Positions 29,441-42,606 of a stretch of 62,266 nucleotides of DNA are shown piece by piece. The number at the start of each line of letters is the position of its first letter. Within the stretch, counting starts at the first letter, position 1. The translations under genes were made by a program, and so were the position numbers. Where the stretch lies: NCBI GenBank assembly GCA_004431415.1, contig QPMI01000574.1, positions 1-62,266 on the forward strand, in the 5' to 3' direction. Below the pieces are notes generated by a model. The model searched no databases and was not told the origin of the DNA. It worked only from the letters and a program-made list of their open reading frames with translations. The stretch comes from Cyanophora paradoxa CCMP329 (Eukaryota; Plantae; Glaucophyta).

Positions 29441-30607
29441 GTCGCTTGTCGCGGTTGCTTGATCGCAATCCTCTCTCCCGCAGAAGCATCCTAATCCGCC
29501 ACAGCATGGGCATGGACGCGAAGCAACTCTGCTCAGCTATAGCTAGGCTCCCTTTCATTTCGTGAAGCATAGCGTGAAGCGTAGAAAGAGCATTTACTTA
29601 ACACCTTTGTGCAAGTTGTTCTTGTTGTTCACCGTGGCACCTTGTAGAACCTTCTGGGAAGTGGAGTTCGAAGCAGAAGTTGATGGAGTTCTTTTCTATA
29701 TAACTTAGTAAATTCGATCTCGGGGCTCTTTGATTTCGAGCTGACCCTTCAAACTTGAAAGGCTTCGCACCTCCAGTGCAGGAAGACTGCATGTCGGATC
29801 CCCCAAGCCCATAGGAGGTCCCGGCGCCGGCCCGCCAGCACCCAAAGAGACGCTCGCCGCCCCTAGACGCAATTTGGCACGCGCCGATATGACACGCGCT
29901 AGATCTGTGCATGTGTCGGTACTACGGTACGTATACCTGTATATACGTATCGATATCTAATGTCCGCGGAAGCTCGCAATCGAGGCGCGTACGCGTTACT
30001 CCGAGGCTCCCCTTAAAGAGCATATGCATGCGTGCATGCGCAGGCTTACTATTAATTGCTGGTTGGCTCAGCCTGCGGCATGCGCAACGTTAACGTTAAC
30101 TTGAACTAGTCACCACTTGACGTCGACTAGTCTAGGCAATGCCACACGTGCACTTGCAAATTGCACTGCCATCACATATGGGACTCTCCTATACTGGGCC
30201 CCAAATGCAACCATATTTGGAGCTTACACATATGCATATGCTCTGCTATAGCTAGATATCGATCTAGAAGGGCGGGATCGGAGCTCGAGGAGCTGCATGG
30301 AATTCGAACTAGTACTTCGGAACCCCAGCTTAGGATAGCAAGACAATCAAAGTTTTATTTTGGCAGGCCTTTTACTCTCAGTGACTCATGTCGACATTAT
30401 TGTGATGTCAATGGCGCATGGATGTCAATGGCGCAATGTGTGGTGCCAGCCGGGCCATAGCACTGCGGCAGCGAGATCGATGCAGCGCATGTCAAATAAT
30501 AAATATATTACTAGTTACAATGGCCGCGGATAATGCTGCAGGCCCTCCATGCGCTCAGCATAGTGTTCTAGAGATGTGTGTTCCGCCGGCCACGGTCTGG
30601 GTGCAGG

Positions 30608-31536
30608 CTACGCAGAGAATGACTTCCCGCAACCGCAAGAAGAAGTAGCATTGGGGTTCTTGAAATCGAACCCGCCACCGATGAGGGCATCGCTGTAATC
30701 CAGGGCCTGTGGGTCGCCGCCATCATCAGTAATCGTCCGCATTCCGGGCTCTAGAAGAACGTGTATATGCAATTGCAGCACCAGGCGCACCATTCCGAAA
30801 AGGTACATAAGAGATTTCGGATCGACAATCACCTGCAAGGGAAAGACGCGGCTGGGATCCGGAACGGGCCCAGCCTGGCAGGGGCTGGAATAATCTTGAA
30901 TAATAATCGGACCTGGAATCCATTCGGGTAAGTGTACACACGGTCGTCCTCGCGGGTCTCGCCTTGCTTCACCATGTCCTGAAAGCAGTCGGTATAATGG
31001 GTCATTCCCCTCCCAGCAAGCCTATATGCTACCGCACCATCGTGTAGCTCATCCCTGAGCAACCTCCCTGCCGCACACCGAAGCGGAGGCACGTGTCTTC
31101 CGTAAACTTCTCCTTCAGCGTCAAAAGATGCGCCATCGCGCGCTCCGAGATCTTGATAGCCTAGCGAAGCGGCGGATCAGGGACGCCGCAAGAGAACCGA
31201 TAATTAGCAGAACAGTTGGCGCACCATGTCCTCGGTGCCCTCGGCAAGGACCATCGGTTCCTCCGGGATCTCCGGGGCGTCCGACGCGGGAGCAGCCTCG
31301 GCGGCCGCGGGCTCAGCACTGGCGGCCGCGGGCAGCCAGAGGTTGGGCCGACGGGCGCGGACGCTCCTGCGAGCTTCGAACCGAACCCCCGCAAAGACGC
31401 TGCTGCTGGAGCCGGGAGCCGCATGCACACGGCGCGGGGCAGCGGTTGTGGTCGCCCGCATGCACACGGCGCGGGGCACCGACAGCGCTGGCACCGACAA
31501 CGCTGGCACTGGCACTGGAACCGACACGAACGCCAT
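30608..31536 (-). CDS. iscA: Plastid-targeted A-type Fe-S cluster assembly protein (IscA/SufA)
   Basis: Transit-like MAFVSVP..., then [25 protein letters not shown] and [21 protein letters not shown]. Confidence 0.93.
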
Positions 31537-31812
31537 GGTGCAGTGCGCTGCGCCCGCTCAACAGCCTCAGCAGGCTCAACTACTTAGGGGGGTAGGGGAC
31601 GCCTCGGGGGGGTAGGCAGTCGGGGGCAGGTGCGACGCCCTTAGTCGTGATCGCTTGCAGCCCTGCCTATCTAACCGCACCGCGCGCATTGGCACTCTTC
31701 ACTCTTCCCGCTCCTTTCTCTTTAGGTGCGCCGAACTCCCTCGAGCGCCAACCATCGCTCTCACACACCCGACGCACGCATTCTCCGCGTCTCTCTGACC
31801 TCTTGCTCGCAG

Positions 31813-32502
31813 ATGAATCCTGAGAAGGTTCGCTGGTGCCGAAGCCCGTCGGCCATGGGGCGAGTGTGCGGTCTAAGATGCGGGCGTGGCGCAGCTTGCC
31901 AAGCTCCAGGCGCTCGCCCAGTCCGTTCGGACTGGCGGCAAGGGCACCGTGCGCCGGAAGAAGAAGGCCGTCCACAAGACGACCACCACGGACGACAAGC
32001 GCCTTCAGAACACCCTGAAGCGTCTGGGCGTGAACACGATCCCTGGCATTGAAGAGGTCAACCTCTTCAAGGACAATGGCACCGTGATTCACTTCACGAA
32101 TCCGAAGGGTGCGCGCGCTTTGCTAGCTCGCGACTACACGCTTTGCTGCGGCGCTTCAGCGGGGCGGGCGGCGATGCGGGGCAACCGTGGCGGGGTCTGA
32201 CCGAGGCTGCGTCTGCGCAGTCCAGGCCTCGATCGCCGCGAACACGTACGTGATCTCTGGCCACGCCGAGACCAAGAGTGCGTGGCATTCAGCATTGTGG
32301 CAGACCCGCGCAGCGTGCTGATGCGGGGGCACGCGCCACAGAGCTCCAGGACCTGCTCCCGGGCATCATCAACCAGCTTGGCCCGGACAACCTCGCCAAC
32401 CTGAAGAAGATCGCCGAGTCGTACAGCAAGAAGGACGGCGCTGGCGACGACGACGTGCCCGACCTCGTTGAGGGCTCGTTCGAGGATGCCGCCACCAAGT
32501 AG
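31813..32502 (+). CDS. BTF3: Nascent polypeptide-associated complex beta subunit (BTF3)
   Basis: MNPEK|[42 protein letters not shown] and [17 protein letters not shown]. Confidence 0.97.
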
Positions 32503-32800
32503 ACGGTTCCGACGCTGTCTTATTGCCAATCGATGCCCCCCTTCTGGAGGACTAGGGAATGGCTGCTTTCCTCGGGGCCCGGACAGATGGGGTGGGGGCC
32601 CGGGGCTCGGCGGGTGAGGGATTCCAGGATAAGCTCACCGATGATCACTTCAGCCCTGGCCCGGCGGGATTTTTGAGTCGACCGTTGATCCGGGAAATCC
32701 GGCGCCGCCCCTTGAAATACATACAGCCAGGCTGCTCCTTTAAAAACGCTAGCTAATCAACATCAAGGGCTACACGCTACAGCAGTACTCCCGAAGGGAC

Positions 32801-34615
32801 CTACTTCCCGAGGATGATGTCGTCGGTCTCGAAATCTAGCGCGACGGTGCGGTGCACGTAGTCGTTCTCTGCGCGGAACGTCAGCAGGCGCGCCTGCGCC
32901 GGGCAAGGAGGGGCGGGGCCCACCATAAGAGTCGCGGAGACCAGCGACGAGGTCGTACTTGGGGGACCTGCGAGCCTTCAGGCAGGGCTGGGGTCGAGAG
33001 GGCGCTGGCGGCGGACCAGTTAAGCTCGTCCTCGGCCTTCTGGATCGACGCGAAGAAGTGCTGCTGGCGGAAGGGGAACGCCTGTGCAACGTTAGCGCGC
33101 GCCGGGGGTCGGCGGACGGAGCCGGGCGAGCCTTTTTCTTGCCGAAGTCGAAGTCCTTGGGGTTGTAGTGGACGATTTCGGGGCAGGGCTTGCCCGCAGC
33201 CTCCGCGCATGCCTTCACCAGCCCGTCGAAGGTCACGCACCGATCGCCCTGCTGGGGCGTCAGCCGGGGAGGGCTGGCAGGACGGCGGGTGGTGCCTGGA
33301 TGTTATAGATCTGGCCGACGGCCTTTTTGTTGCCGATGACATTGGCCATCGCGACGGCGAGGTCTTCCACGTGGCCGAGGCCAGTCAGGTGCTGCGCCCC
33401 TCGCGTTGTAGTCTCGAAGGCAGCCCCCGCCGCCTCGCAAGCCCCACCTGGCCGTGGCCCGGAACGCAGATCTGCGGCCGGCCGGCGTGGATGCGGTGGA
33501 AGAACCACTGCTCGACATCTGCAACTCGTCGATCAGCAGGAGCACGCCACGCGAGGCGGGAGGCTGGCACCATTGTAGTTCTGGGGTCCATAAATGTAGA
33601 CAGGCCGGATCGAGGTCCACGGCTGCCCGCTCTCCTTCAGGAACGCCTCCGTCTCGGCTTTACCTGCCGCCCCAAGTGCCCTCAGTCGCGCCCTCTCAGC
33701 AGACTGCGCGCCAGGCACCCTTGTGACGGCTCTTGGGGTCAGTTGGGTCCGACTCCCTGAAGATCACGTCGGGCCTCAGGGCCTTGGACCCGGGAGTTGG
33801 GGCGAGAGGGGGGCGGACCGGTAGGGCAGGCTGGAGTCGTTCATAAGGTACGTACCAGCGCTGCTCATATACACGAAGTGCTCAAGCCGGCCCTGCGCAC
33901 CAAAGTAAGCTGAGGCGGCCGCGGTACGGCGCGCAGGGCGAACCTTGAACATATCAGCGAGTGGCTTCGTGTCAGTAAGCTCGCGACCGTTGTTGTCGTA
34001 GATCACATCAAACTCCTCCTTCGCCAGCTGCTTCAGGGACTCCGGGTCCGTGCGGTCTCCCACAATCGTCTTGATCTTGGAGGCACGCTGTGGGACGGGC
34101 GCGTCTCAGCACGGAGTTGCGCGACGACGAGTACGCATCTTTCGCAATCATCTCCAGTACTATTTTCATTAGAAATGCACGCTATCCTTGCGGGAGGCAT
34201 ATGCCGAACATGAGTGCGCGCGCGGCTCTCAATTATGACCCATCGCGCGCGGCCGGCAGAAGCACTAGACCCCAGAATTACGACTACGTACCTCCTTGAA
34301 CTCGGCATCGCTCTCGCTCCAGACCTTCTGCACGCCGCGCTTGCCGCGGTTGAAGACGGTCACTTCATGACCGGCCTCCTGCAGCGCCTTGACGAGGTAA
34401 ACACCGCTGAAGCGGGTGCCGCCGATGACGAGGACCTTCCGGGGCGCGACCGACGCCTCGATGGTGGCAGCCGCCTCGAACTTGGGCTGGGCCTTCTTCG
34501 AGGCCTTCGGCTGGCGGACCGTGTCGACGACGTTCTTCCGGCGGAGGCCAGCGAAGTCGCCCCCGACCTTCGACGCGCCGAACGTGGGAATCGAGCAGGC
34601 GAACGCGGCGGCCAT
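32801..34615 (-). CDS. CSP41B: Chloroplast RNA-binding protein CSP41b-like (NAD-dependent epimerase fold)
   Basis: Transit-like MAAAF..., GGTRFSG, YDNNGRE, IRPVYIYGP, EQWFFHRI, GHVEDLA, DFDFGKKK-AFPFRQQHFF and DFETDDIIL. Confidence 0.9.
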
Positions 34616-34906
34616 GTCGATGTCAGACTAACTGCCGAAGGGGGATACGGGTATCTACGTCTGTCGCTTCGCGTTTTCTGCGGTTTCTGCGCTCCCAGCG
34701 TCGCAGCTTCAAGTTTCTGGCTCTTCAGAACAGCTCAAATTCGCATCTGATTGACGGCGCCGGCGGCCCCTCGGAAGCTCTGCCGATTGAGCGGGGCCTG
34801 GGATTTGGCGCACGCAAGCAGAAGTGCCTGTACACGTACGACCTTGTGGGTTTGTCCACCTGCGCGGCTTTTCTGGAAGGGCGGCGAGGCTCACTGCGGC
34901 GCGCAG

Positions 34907-35120
34907 TGGGGCGACGCGGTCAATGTGGCGAGCCGGATGGAGAGCTCGGGGGTGCCGGGCCGCACGCAGGTGACCCATGAGATGTATACGAACCTGCGCG
35001 GTGCGCTCGGAGCGCTTTCGGCTCCCGCGGGAAAAGCTGACGGCTGGCAGACGGGTTCGTCTTTGAGGCCCTGAGGGCCGCGGGAACTTCGGAAAGTGTA
35101 CGTGAAGGGGAAGGGCGAGG
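34907..35120 (+). pseudogene. Orphan C-terminal fragment of a class III adenylate/guanylate cyclase
   Basis: [22 protein letters not shown] and VYVKGKGE. There is little room upstream for the first half of the domain (CSP41b starts ~290 bp away). Confidence 0.7.
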
Positions 35121-35891
35121 TCCGCGCAGCCCGCCCGCCCGGCGGCCTCCTCGCTGGCCGCCTCGCGATCGTGTGCACCGCTCACGTAGATGCGTACATA
35201 CTTTCTTTTTGGCCGCGCCTCGACCACTCAGTGACTCCGCCGCGGCGCGAAAAAAACGCCTTTCTCGTTGGCCGCGCCTCGTTGGGCGCAAAAGCGAGTC
35301 TCTGCAGCTGAAACACATGCAGCAAAGTCAGCTCAGTCTGGTGGATGGCACTGGATGCCAGTGAAAATTAAACACCTGCAGCAATGTGTGCTCGGAGCCT
35401 CCGAGCGTTTTCTCGGCCGGAGTGTGCTCGGAGCCTCCGAGCGCTTTCGGCCCCCCAAGCCAGGGCGAGCTGACGGCAGGCATGCGCAGAGTCTGAGATC
35501 TAGAGCGGGTTCGTTTCAAGCTCGGGAAGGTGTACGTGAAGGGCACTGCGACACTTAGTGACTGCGGCATCCGCCAGGCCGATTTCGTACTGCATGCCCG
35601 GCTGGCGCCGGCAACTTGGCAACTTGGCGCCGCCCGCCCGCCATCCGCCGTTTCGCCGGCCACCTCGCCGTGGCCTATATATAGGGGGCTATAAAATATT
35701 TGCGCAAAGAGTGAGTTCGACTGTCCGACTGTCTTTTCAATAGCCAGCTTTAATTCGGAGCTTCAAGGCTTGCCGAGCCTCGCGATCGGACTCCCGGGAG
35801 TACTAGTCTCCAGATCTCAGAGTCTTCGAATTCAATACTTATATAAATGGCCCCAGTGGCCGAGTGTTAGGGACCTAGGTGCGCATACTAC

Positions 35892-35996
35892 CCAGAAAGT
35901 TAATTGCACCACTCGGTTGGGGATTATGTATTGTGTATTGCCACCACACAATACATAATCCCCAATTGCAACCGAGTGGTGCAATTAATTTTCTGG
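35892..35996. repeat. ~105-bp fold-back inverted repeat (MITE-like)
   Basis: ccagaaagttaattgcaccactcggttggggattatgtattgtgt pairs with acacaatacataatcccc(aattg)caaccgagtggtgcaattaattttctgg. Confidence 0.85.
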
Positions 35997-37389
35997 CAGA
36001 ACTTCGGAATGCGCTCTCGTACGCGTGTCCCTGATAGCCGAGCTTTCCTCTTGGCCCAGTGGTTCAACTCATGATCAGTGACTATTGCGTCGGTTCAATC
36101 ATTGAATTGCAACCGTTGAACAAGTGTGAGACTCAGGGAAGGTCGGTGTCCTAGGCATAGCTATAAAGGGCCACTGACTTGCTGAGCGCGTCAGTTGGGT
36201 CCGGGGAAGGGAAATTAAAAACAACAGCTAGGCTGAAGGTGCGACGGCTCGACTTAAGGTTTGCAATTGGCAAATTCGGAGATCTAGATCTAAAGCAGGA
36301 AAAGGAAGAAACTCATGATCAAGGCTGGCCGCCGGGCCATATGCATGGCCTCCGGGCCGGCGCCAGGCAACTGGCAAGCTGTCTCAGAGTCTTCAAGTCT
36401 CAGCGACTGTTTTCTAGAAGAGGTAGGTATAGGACGCGGGGGGATGCGTACCTTGCCAAGTTGTGCCCGCGGCCGTGTCCCCGGCCCATCGAGCTTGCCC
36501 CATCGACGTCGCGCGTGGCCAGAAGCTAGCGATGTCAGCCATGGCTTACGCCGTGACGGGGCCAGCCGCGCCGATCGCGACGGGCCAGCGCGCGCCGCGC
36601 GCGCGCGCTGGCTGCTCTTGGGTAAGCGGCCGAGGGGATCCATAAGCATTGCGCATGCGCACAGCGCACATCGCTAGCGGGCGCCATGGCAGCGCGCGCA
36701 GCGGCTCGCGCATGCATGCGCCATGGCGTCGAGGGGCCGGTGGCGCGCGCGCCGCACGAACGTGGGCATGGCCGGCCGTAGGTGAAAGCTGGTGCGCATG
36801 CGGCCGGCTCGCTCAGTTGGCGCGGTTGGGTCGTGCGCGGCTGGCTCGGCTAGCTATATAGCAAAGAGCGAAAGTGTCGAACCGCGAGAGAAACTGCCGT
36901 GCTGCCGTGCGCGAGAGAAGAGCGAAAGTGTCGAACCGAGCGGAGCTGCGGCCGGAGCCACTGCGCATCGGCCAGTGGGGGGGGGGAAGAGGAATGGGGG
37001 TTCCGTAAAAAGACTTTTGCAGAGCGTTTCTGACTCTGCAACGTGATTGGCTAGCACGCGCGGCGATCTCCTGCGCTACTGGGAGCGCGCCCGGCCTCGC
37101 TCTTGCAGTACGAAATGTCGGGCATAATGCCTGCAGCGACCTCGAATTGGTTTGGCTCGTATATCTGCTCCCTGTGCGTCGCTGGATCCGTTTTTGTCCC
37201 GGGTGTTGGTGCCTGTTCCTGGGTCACCCTTTGGTCGGACCGTCGGACGGGACCGGGAGACATGGTTTCGGAATTCCCTTGTGATGGGCTTTCAGGATAT
37301 ACCGCGCGGCCCGGGTTTTGCGGAGGTCGGGGAAATGAGATTTGGGGTATACGTAGGGTTGCAAAAAGAAAAAAAAGTGGGGGTATACG

Positions 37390-38079
37390 CAGTGCTGTCA
37401 TCATGATGCACACGGCGGTCGAGTCATCATGATGCGTTAATTATGATGCATCATGATCGATCATGACGTCTTCCCGCGGTCAGAATCGTTTACCAGGGCA
37501 TTTCCCACTCCTATTTCACTGCGCGGGCTCTCTGCTGCGTTTCTACTACTAGGCTAATGCATCGCGACGTGTTTATCACTCATTCCTGACCAGTCTGGAT
37601 AGATATTGGGCCCAGGGTTGGCCTGAAGGAGGCCCACACCCCCCTCTTCCCAAGATTTTTGAGGCAGAGGAGTGGTTGATCAACTTCCTTCATGTCAAGA
37701 TAGTGTGTTATGTGTTTTAAAAGCTGTCTTAAGCATCTCCGCACCCATTCTCAAAGTGCGAATCGGTGCGATCTTGGATCGCCAGCGGCTAAGGGTGGTG
37801 CCCCCTGTACCCCCCACGGCACCACGGCAGCCTTTCAGCATCGTCAGAATCGCTCCAAGCCTCCTCTGACTAGCATATACGGTGTCGTTCAGCTGTTTAG
37901 ATTGCATAAGAGGTCGTTTAAACAGCGCAGGCGACCAAAAACACGAGATTTGTGCATTGTACAAGTACCCCCCCTCACATCATGATGACGATCATCATAA
38001 TCCGAGGTCATCATGATGCGTTAATGACGTCTCATCATGATGGCGTCATCATGATGTGTGCATCATGATGACAGCACTG
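37390..38079. mobile_element. Non-autonomous hAT-type DNA transposon, 690 bp
   Basis: Perfect 24-bp TIRs cagtgctgtcatcatgatgcacac, 8-bp target-site duplication ggtatacg (37382-37389 and 38080-38087), and subterminal catcatgatg repeats. Confidence 0.92.
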
Positions 38080-38434
38080 GGTATACGTAGGGTTGCATAC
38101 GTAGGGTTGCGAGGGACAGGGACAGGGGAAGTGTTTTTCCCTTCCCCAATATATATATAGCTATATGTCGGACGTCTGTGTCGGTTTGTTTGAGTTTCAT
38201 TTAATTTTTACCTCTATATAGCTAATTATAAATTTTATGGTTATATCGATAACCTGGCACATGTACAGATCAAGTTGACCGTTCCTATATATATATATAT
38301 AGCTATATGCAGGGGTACTGCACTTCCGCCGGCGATACGCAGGCCCGCGACCGCGCCGACGGATTGCATTGCTGCCTCAGCGTGGCCTTCTCGATTTAGA
38401 CTCTCTGAGAGCGCCGCGCTGCTTGAGCCCGTCA

Positions 38435-38655
38435 ATGTCGGCGCCCGTTTTCGCGACGCGAGCCGCTCTCACTGCCACTAAAGCGGTGCGCTCGTGGCAT
38501 TTATGATTCAATCTCTGTACGCGTGAGTTAGCAGGGACAAAAGCTCGCGCGGCGCCTAGAAAGCGCGCGCGGCGCGTCCATCATGGCATGGCCACAGAAA
38601 GCGCGCGCGGCGCGGCCCGCCTAGATCTTCCACAAAAGCCGATGCAATGCTCATG

Positions 38656-38693
<38 letters not shown>

Positions 38694-39864
38694 GCAGCGG
38701 CTTTCTGGCGCCACGCGGGGCCATGACCTTCTGAAGAAGAAGGCCGATGCACTCCTGATGCGCTTCCGCTCGCTAATGAGAAAGATTGTGGATTTGAGGG
38801 CTTCGCTCGGACCTTCGATGAGGAGCGCGTTCTTCAGCCTTGCCGAGCTCCGACGCGGTATGCAGCCGCGCTCTTGTCGACGTCCTCCAAACCAACGCAG
38901 AGATCGATCTGGGCTGCTTTTTCCGCGCAGGTGCCGGAGAAGACGCGGCCATCGTGGTGCGGGGCAATGTCGAGGACCACGCCATGCTCAAGGTACAGTG
39001 CTAGTACTAGTGGGCGCGCGCCGGCGCCGGTTGCAATTGCGGCGGCATCGAGCGCCGCACCATGCTCGAGCCGATGTCGAAGGTCTCTCTCGATGTGGTC
39101 AACGTGGCGGGGGTAAAGACGCCGAAATTGACCGTGAATGAGGACTCCCGACAACACGCTGGGCCCATGCAGGCCCTCGAGGTCGGCCCGGCTATAGCTA
39201 TCAGTTTCTCGCAATCATGATGCGGGGGGCAGATGCGCGTCATCGGACGTGGGGGACATCAGGTGCGCGGTGCGGGCTTGGGGCAGGGCGCGCGTCGCAA
39301 CTCCCATTACGGGGGCCTGCCGCCGCGCGTGCATGCGCACATCCCATGTATAGGTTCGCGAGCTCACATCTACGGCCGGGGCGCCCGGCGTGGTGACAGG
39401 CGAAGAATGCCCAGCAGGAGTTCCGCTCGGCTCTCGAGACGTGCGCTTCAGCCTGCAGACGTCTGCGCCGCCACGCCGCCGAATTTGCTGAACCCTTGAG
39501 TTCGGCATATTGGGCGGCGTGGCGTGCACGTGGCGGCGCAGGCTGGTGGATATTGCCTCGCTGCAGACGTCGGTCGCCATCCTGGATCAGGCCATCAAGG
39601 TGCCGCGCAGTGCGCCAAGAAGGCGCGGGCGGGGCGGACGGGGGCGGCAGCTCACGAACCGGCGGGTGAATGCGCTGCACAACGTGGTCATCCCGCGGCT
39701 GCAGGCGACCGCCGCCTACGTTGTCTCTGAGCTCGACGAGGCCGACCGCCAGGCCCCCGCCCCTCCCCACCCGTTCTCAACGCTTCCGACACCCGGCTCA
39801 GGAGCTCTTCCGCCTCAAGCTCATTCAGGCGAGCCCCCAGCAGGCCTCAAAGGAGAGCCGCTCG

Positions 39865-39896
<32 letters not shown>

Positions 39897-40200
39897 CCGC
39901 CCTCTCTCCCTCCCCCCTCCCCCTCCCACCTCCCTCCCCCTCCCGACGGCTGGCAGAACAAGAAGCGCCGCGAGAGGGAGGAGGAGGAGGCGGCGGTGGA
40001 GTGCAATCGCGAGGCCGTGGAGGCGAAGAGCGGCGGGGATTTCCTGCCCGAGGCGCGCGGAGCGTTCCTGCCTGGGGCGCGCAGGGCGGGCTGGGGCGGG
40101 TCGCTGGGCAGGGCTGATCATGACGGTCCTCCAGGTGGGCTCCATCATTCATCAGCTCCTGCAGGCCCAGGGCCTCGACCCCGCCGACCTCCTCTTCTGA
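38435..40200 (+). CDS. V-type ATPase subunit D-like, divergent
   Basis: RLSGATRGHDLLKKKADALLMRFR, LVDIASLQTS, TNRRVNALHNVVIPRL and ELDEADRQELFRLK. Start uncertain. Confidence 0.8.
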
Positions 40201-40355
40201 GGCCCGCGCGCCCAGCCCTGGACCGCCCTCCGGCACTGTCAACCCGGCTCGGCTGCAGTCGTAGTGTGCCCATGTACATACACACATTCTGGGCCGGTGC
40301 GCCATGCGCCGGGGCTGGATCTGCTGGGCACATGGGTGCGGCTGGAGGATCCTAG

Positions 40356-41784
40356 TCAATCGGGGAGGAAGTCATCTGGGGCGGGCCCCGAGGCAGGGTT
40401 CGCGGGGCGGGGCAGGGCGGCGAGGGACCCTTGCCCTGCCTCGCGACGGACGACGAGGAGGGACTTCAGGGGCTTGAACTCGAAGACGCTGCTTGGGAGT
40501 GAGGCCGGCGGCGTCCGCGGGGCGCTGCGTCGCGGGCGCACGCGAGGTCCTCGTCGAGGAACAGGACGGGGAAGTAGGAGAAGCGAGGCACGAAGAGGGC
40601 ACGCCCCGCCACGTTCACCACCTGCCAGTGGGTCATGCAGCGCGGGACAGGGGGCGGGGCGGGCGGGCCCTGCCGTCGCCAGGCGGCTTGGGGTCGTTGA
40701 CCCAGAAGCGGTTGAAGAGGACCTGAACCTCGTCCTCGCCCGCCGCCACCATCCGCCCGCTGCACGCCCGTCACGCGGGGCTAGGGCGAGGCGGCGCGCG
40801 CGGCGCGCCTGGCGTTAAGGGAGCCGGAGAGCAGGCCGTTCAGGAAGTCGGCATCCACGTTGCTCTCAATCGCCACTTCGGGGCCGGCCGCCCCAAGGGC
40901 CCCGCGCGCCACCCCCCGCAAAGTGTACCGGATCGCGTACCTGCGCCGGCTCGACCCGGGCGGCGGCGGGGCGGGGAGGGAGGCGGGCCTGGAGAAGGTG
41001 ACGGGCTCGAGAATCTGGCGGATATGCGGGGCATATAGTACCCGCCACGTCCCGAGCGCCTCTTCTAGCCGCATAGCCGGCGCGTGCCGCCCCTGCTACA
41101 GCGCGTGAGCGCGACGGACGGAGCGGCACGGAGGCGCGGGCCTGCGGGAGTTCGCGGAGGAGCCGCTGCAACTCCTCCTTCACGAAGAGCGCCTCGCCGC
41201 GGCCCTCATCCGCCTCCTCGCACGCCGCGATGAAAGCCTCCTTCGCGCTGCCCGGCGCCCGCGGCCGCGCCCTGCGCCCAGGCGTCCAATCCTCTGCTGT
41301 CGCCCCAGTTCTTGTCCGACCTCCATCTGCTCTCGCTGCTTCCTCTCCCGCTCGCGGCGGCGGCTGCGGCGGTGCTGCGGCCCGAGACTTCGCCTGAGCG
41401 TCGGAAGGCGGGGGCGCGTCGGCGCCGCCATCGTCTCCTCTGAAGAATTCTTCGTCATCGTAGGACCGCTGCGGCGGCTGACGCTGCGCTCGCACTGAGC
41501 AGGTGCCGCTGCGGCGGATCTTTAGCTGGGGGGCCGCTTTGGCGGGCGCGAGGTGCCGCTGCGGCGACGCCACGAATCGGGTGGGAGAGAACCGAACGGG
41601 TCGGATCAGGTGCAAGCCGGGGCGTTGGGCGCCTGCGCGGCGCGTGAGCGACATGCGTCGCCTGCCCGCGAGCGATCGCACCCACGTCCCGGCTAGACGA
41701 AGGGCAGTGAAGCCAAGAGCTTGCAGGTACCGCTGGAGCCGGCCGCGCGCCCCCGGCGGCGCAACCGAGCCCGACGAAGGGCAT
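40356..41784 (-). CDS. Putative plastid PAP/fibrillin-like protein
   Basis: Transit-like MPFVG... start, LEEALGTWRVLYAPHI, VQVLFNRFWV and FPVLFLDEDL (fibrillin-like LxGxWxxxY and FLDED pattern). Confidence 0.5.
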
Positions 41785-41933
41785 TCGTTCGTGTACCCCA
41801 GATCTCGCACCACCGTGCCACCACGCCACTACTGCCACCACCCAGACTCGGGTTCGAGTCCTGGGAGTGTCTTTTACTTGCTCTCTCTCTAGTGCCAGCA
41901 CGCTGCCAGTACCGTGCTAGTAAGCACGATCAA

Positions 41934-42573
41934 ATGCTCGGGCTGACGAAATTCCTCAAACGGATCGCTTCGGAAGAAGAGGAGACGTCAGGGGACCGAG
42001 CGGAGGACTCGGAGGATCTCAACGATGAAGATCCCAACGCGCCCGCTGTAGACATACAGAACTACTTTGCCTCGGTAGGTTCAGTGGCGAGCTAGTTGAT
42101 GTCGCCGGCGCTATCTGCTCAGATTGCCCAGGTGCGCGAGGTGGACGCGATGGAGAAGATGCGGGCGCTTCGAGGATTGAAAGACGGTACGGGTGTGGAT
42201 TACAACGCGTACGCGACAGAAGAGATACTGCTTCGCTGTTTGCGTGCCCGCAAGTACGACGTCGACAGGGCGACGCAGGTAAGATGGGCGAGCTGGCAGC
42301 ACTGTGCTAGCCGCGTAATGCCCAACACGTATGCAGCTCTTCGAAAACCTGGCGCGGTGGCTGCACGAGATGGGGGCTCCCTCGGGGGCGCCGTGCTGGG
42401 ACCTTTTCTCGGCGCGAGCCCTTGAACCGCACCTGCGCCTTCAATTTGCTAGGCTCACTGGCGCGCGGGACCGCGAGGGACGCCCTATTCTCAACCTGGT
42501 GCGTTTTTCAGTTCTAGAACGGTTAACTACGCCCCTCCCCAACCTTCCTTCGATGTCCCTTCCCCCCTCCCTC

Positions 42574-42606
<33 letters not shown>

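Noticed and set aside
28923-29800. Minus-strand gene spanning the 29.2-kb minisatellite
   Set aside because: No recognisable motif, and the ORF length is inflated by the repeat.
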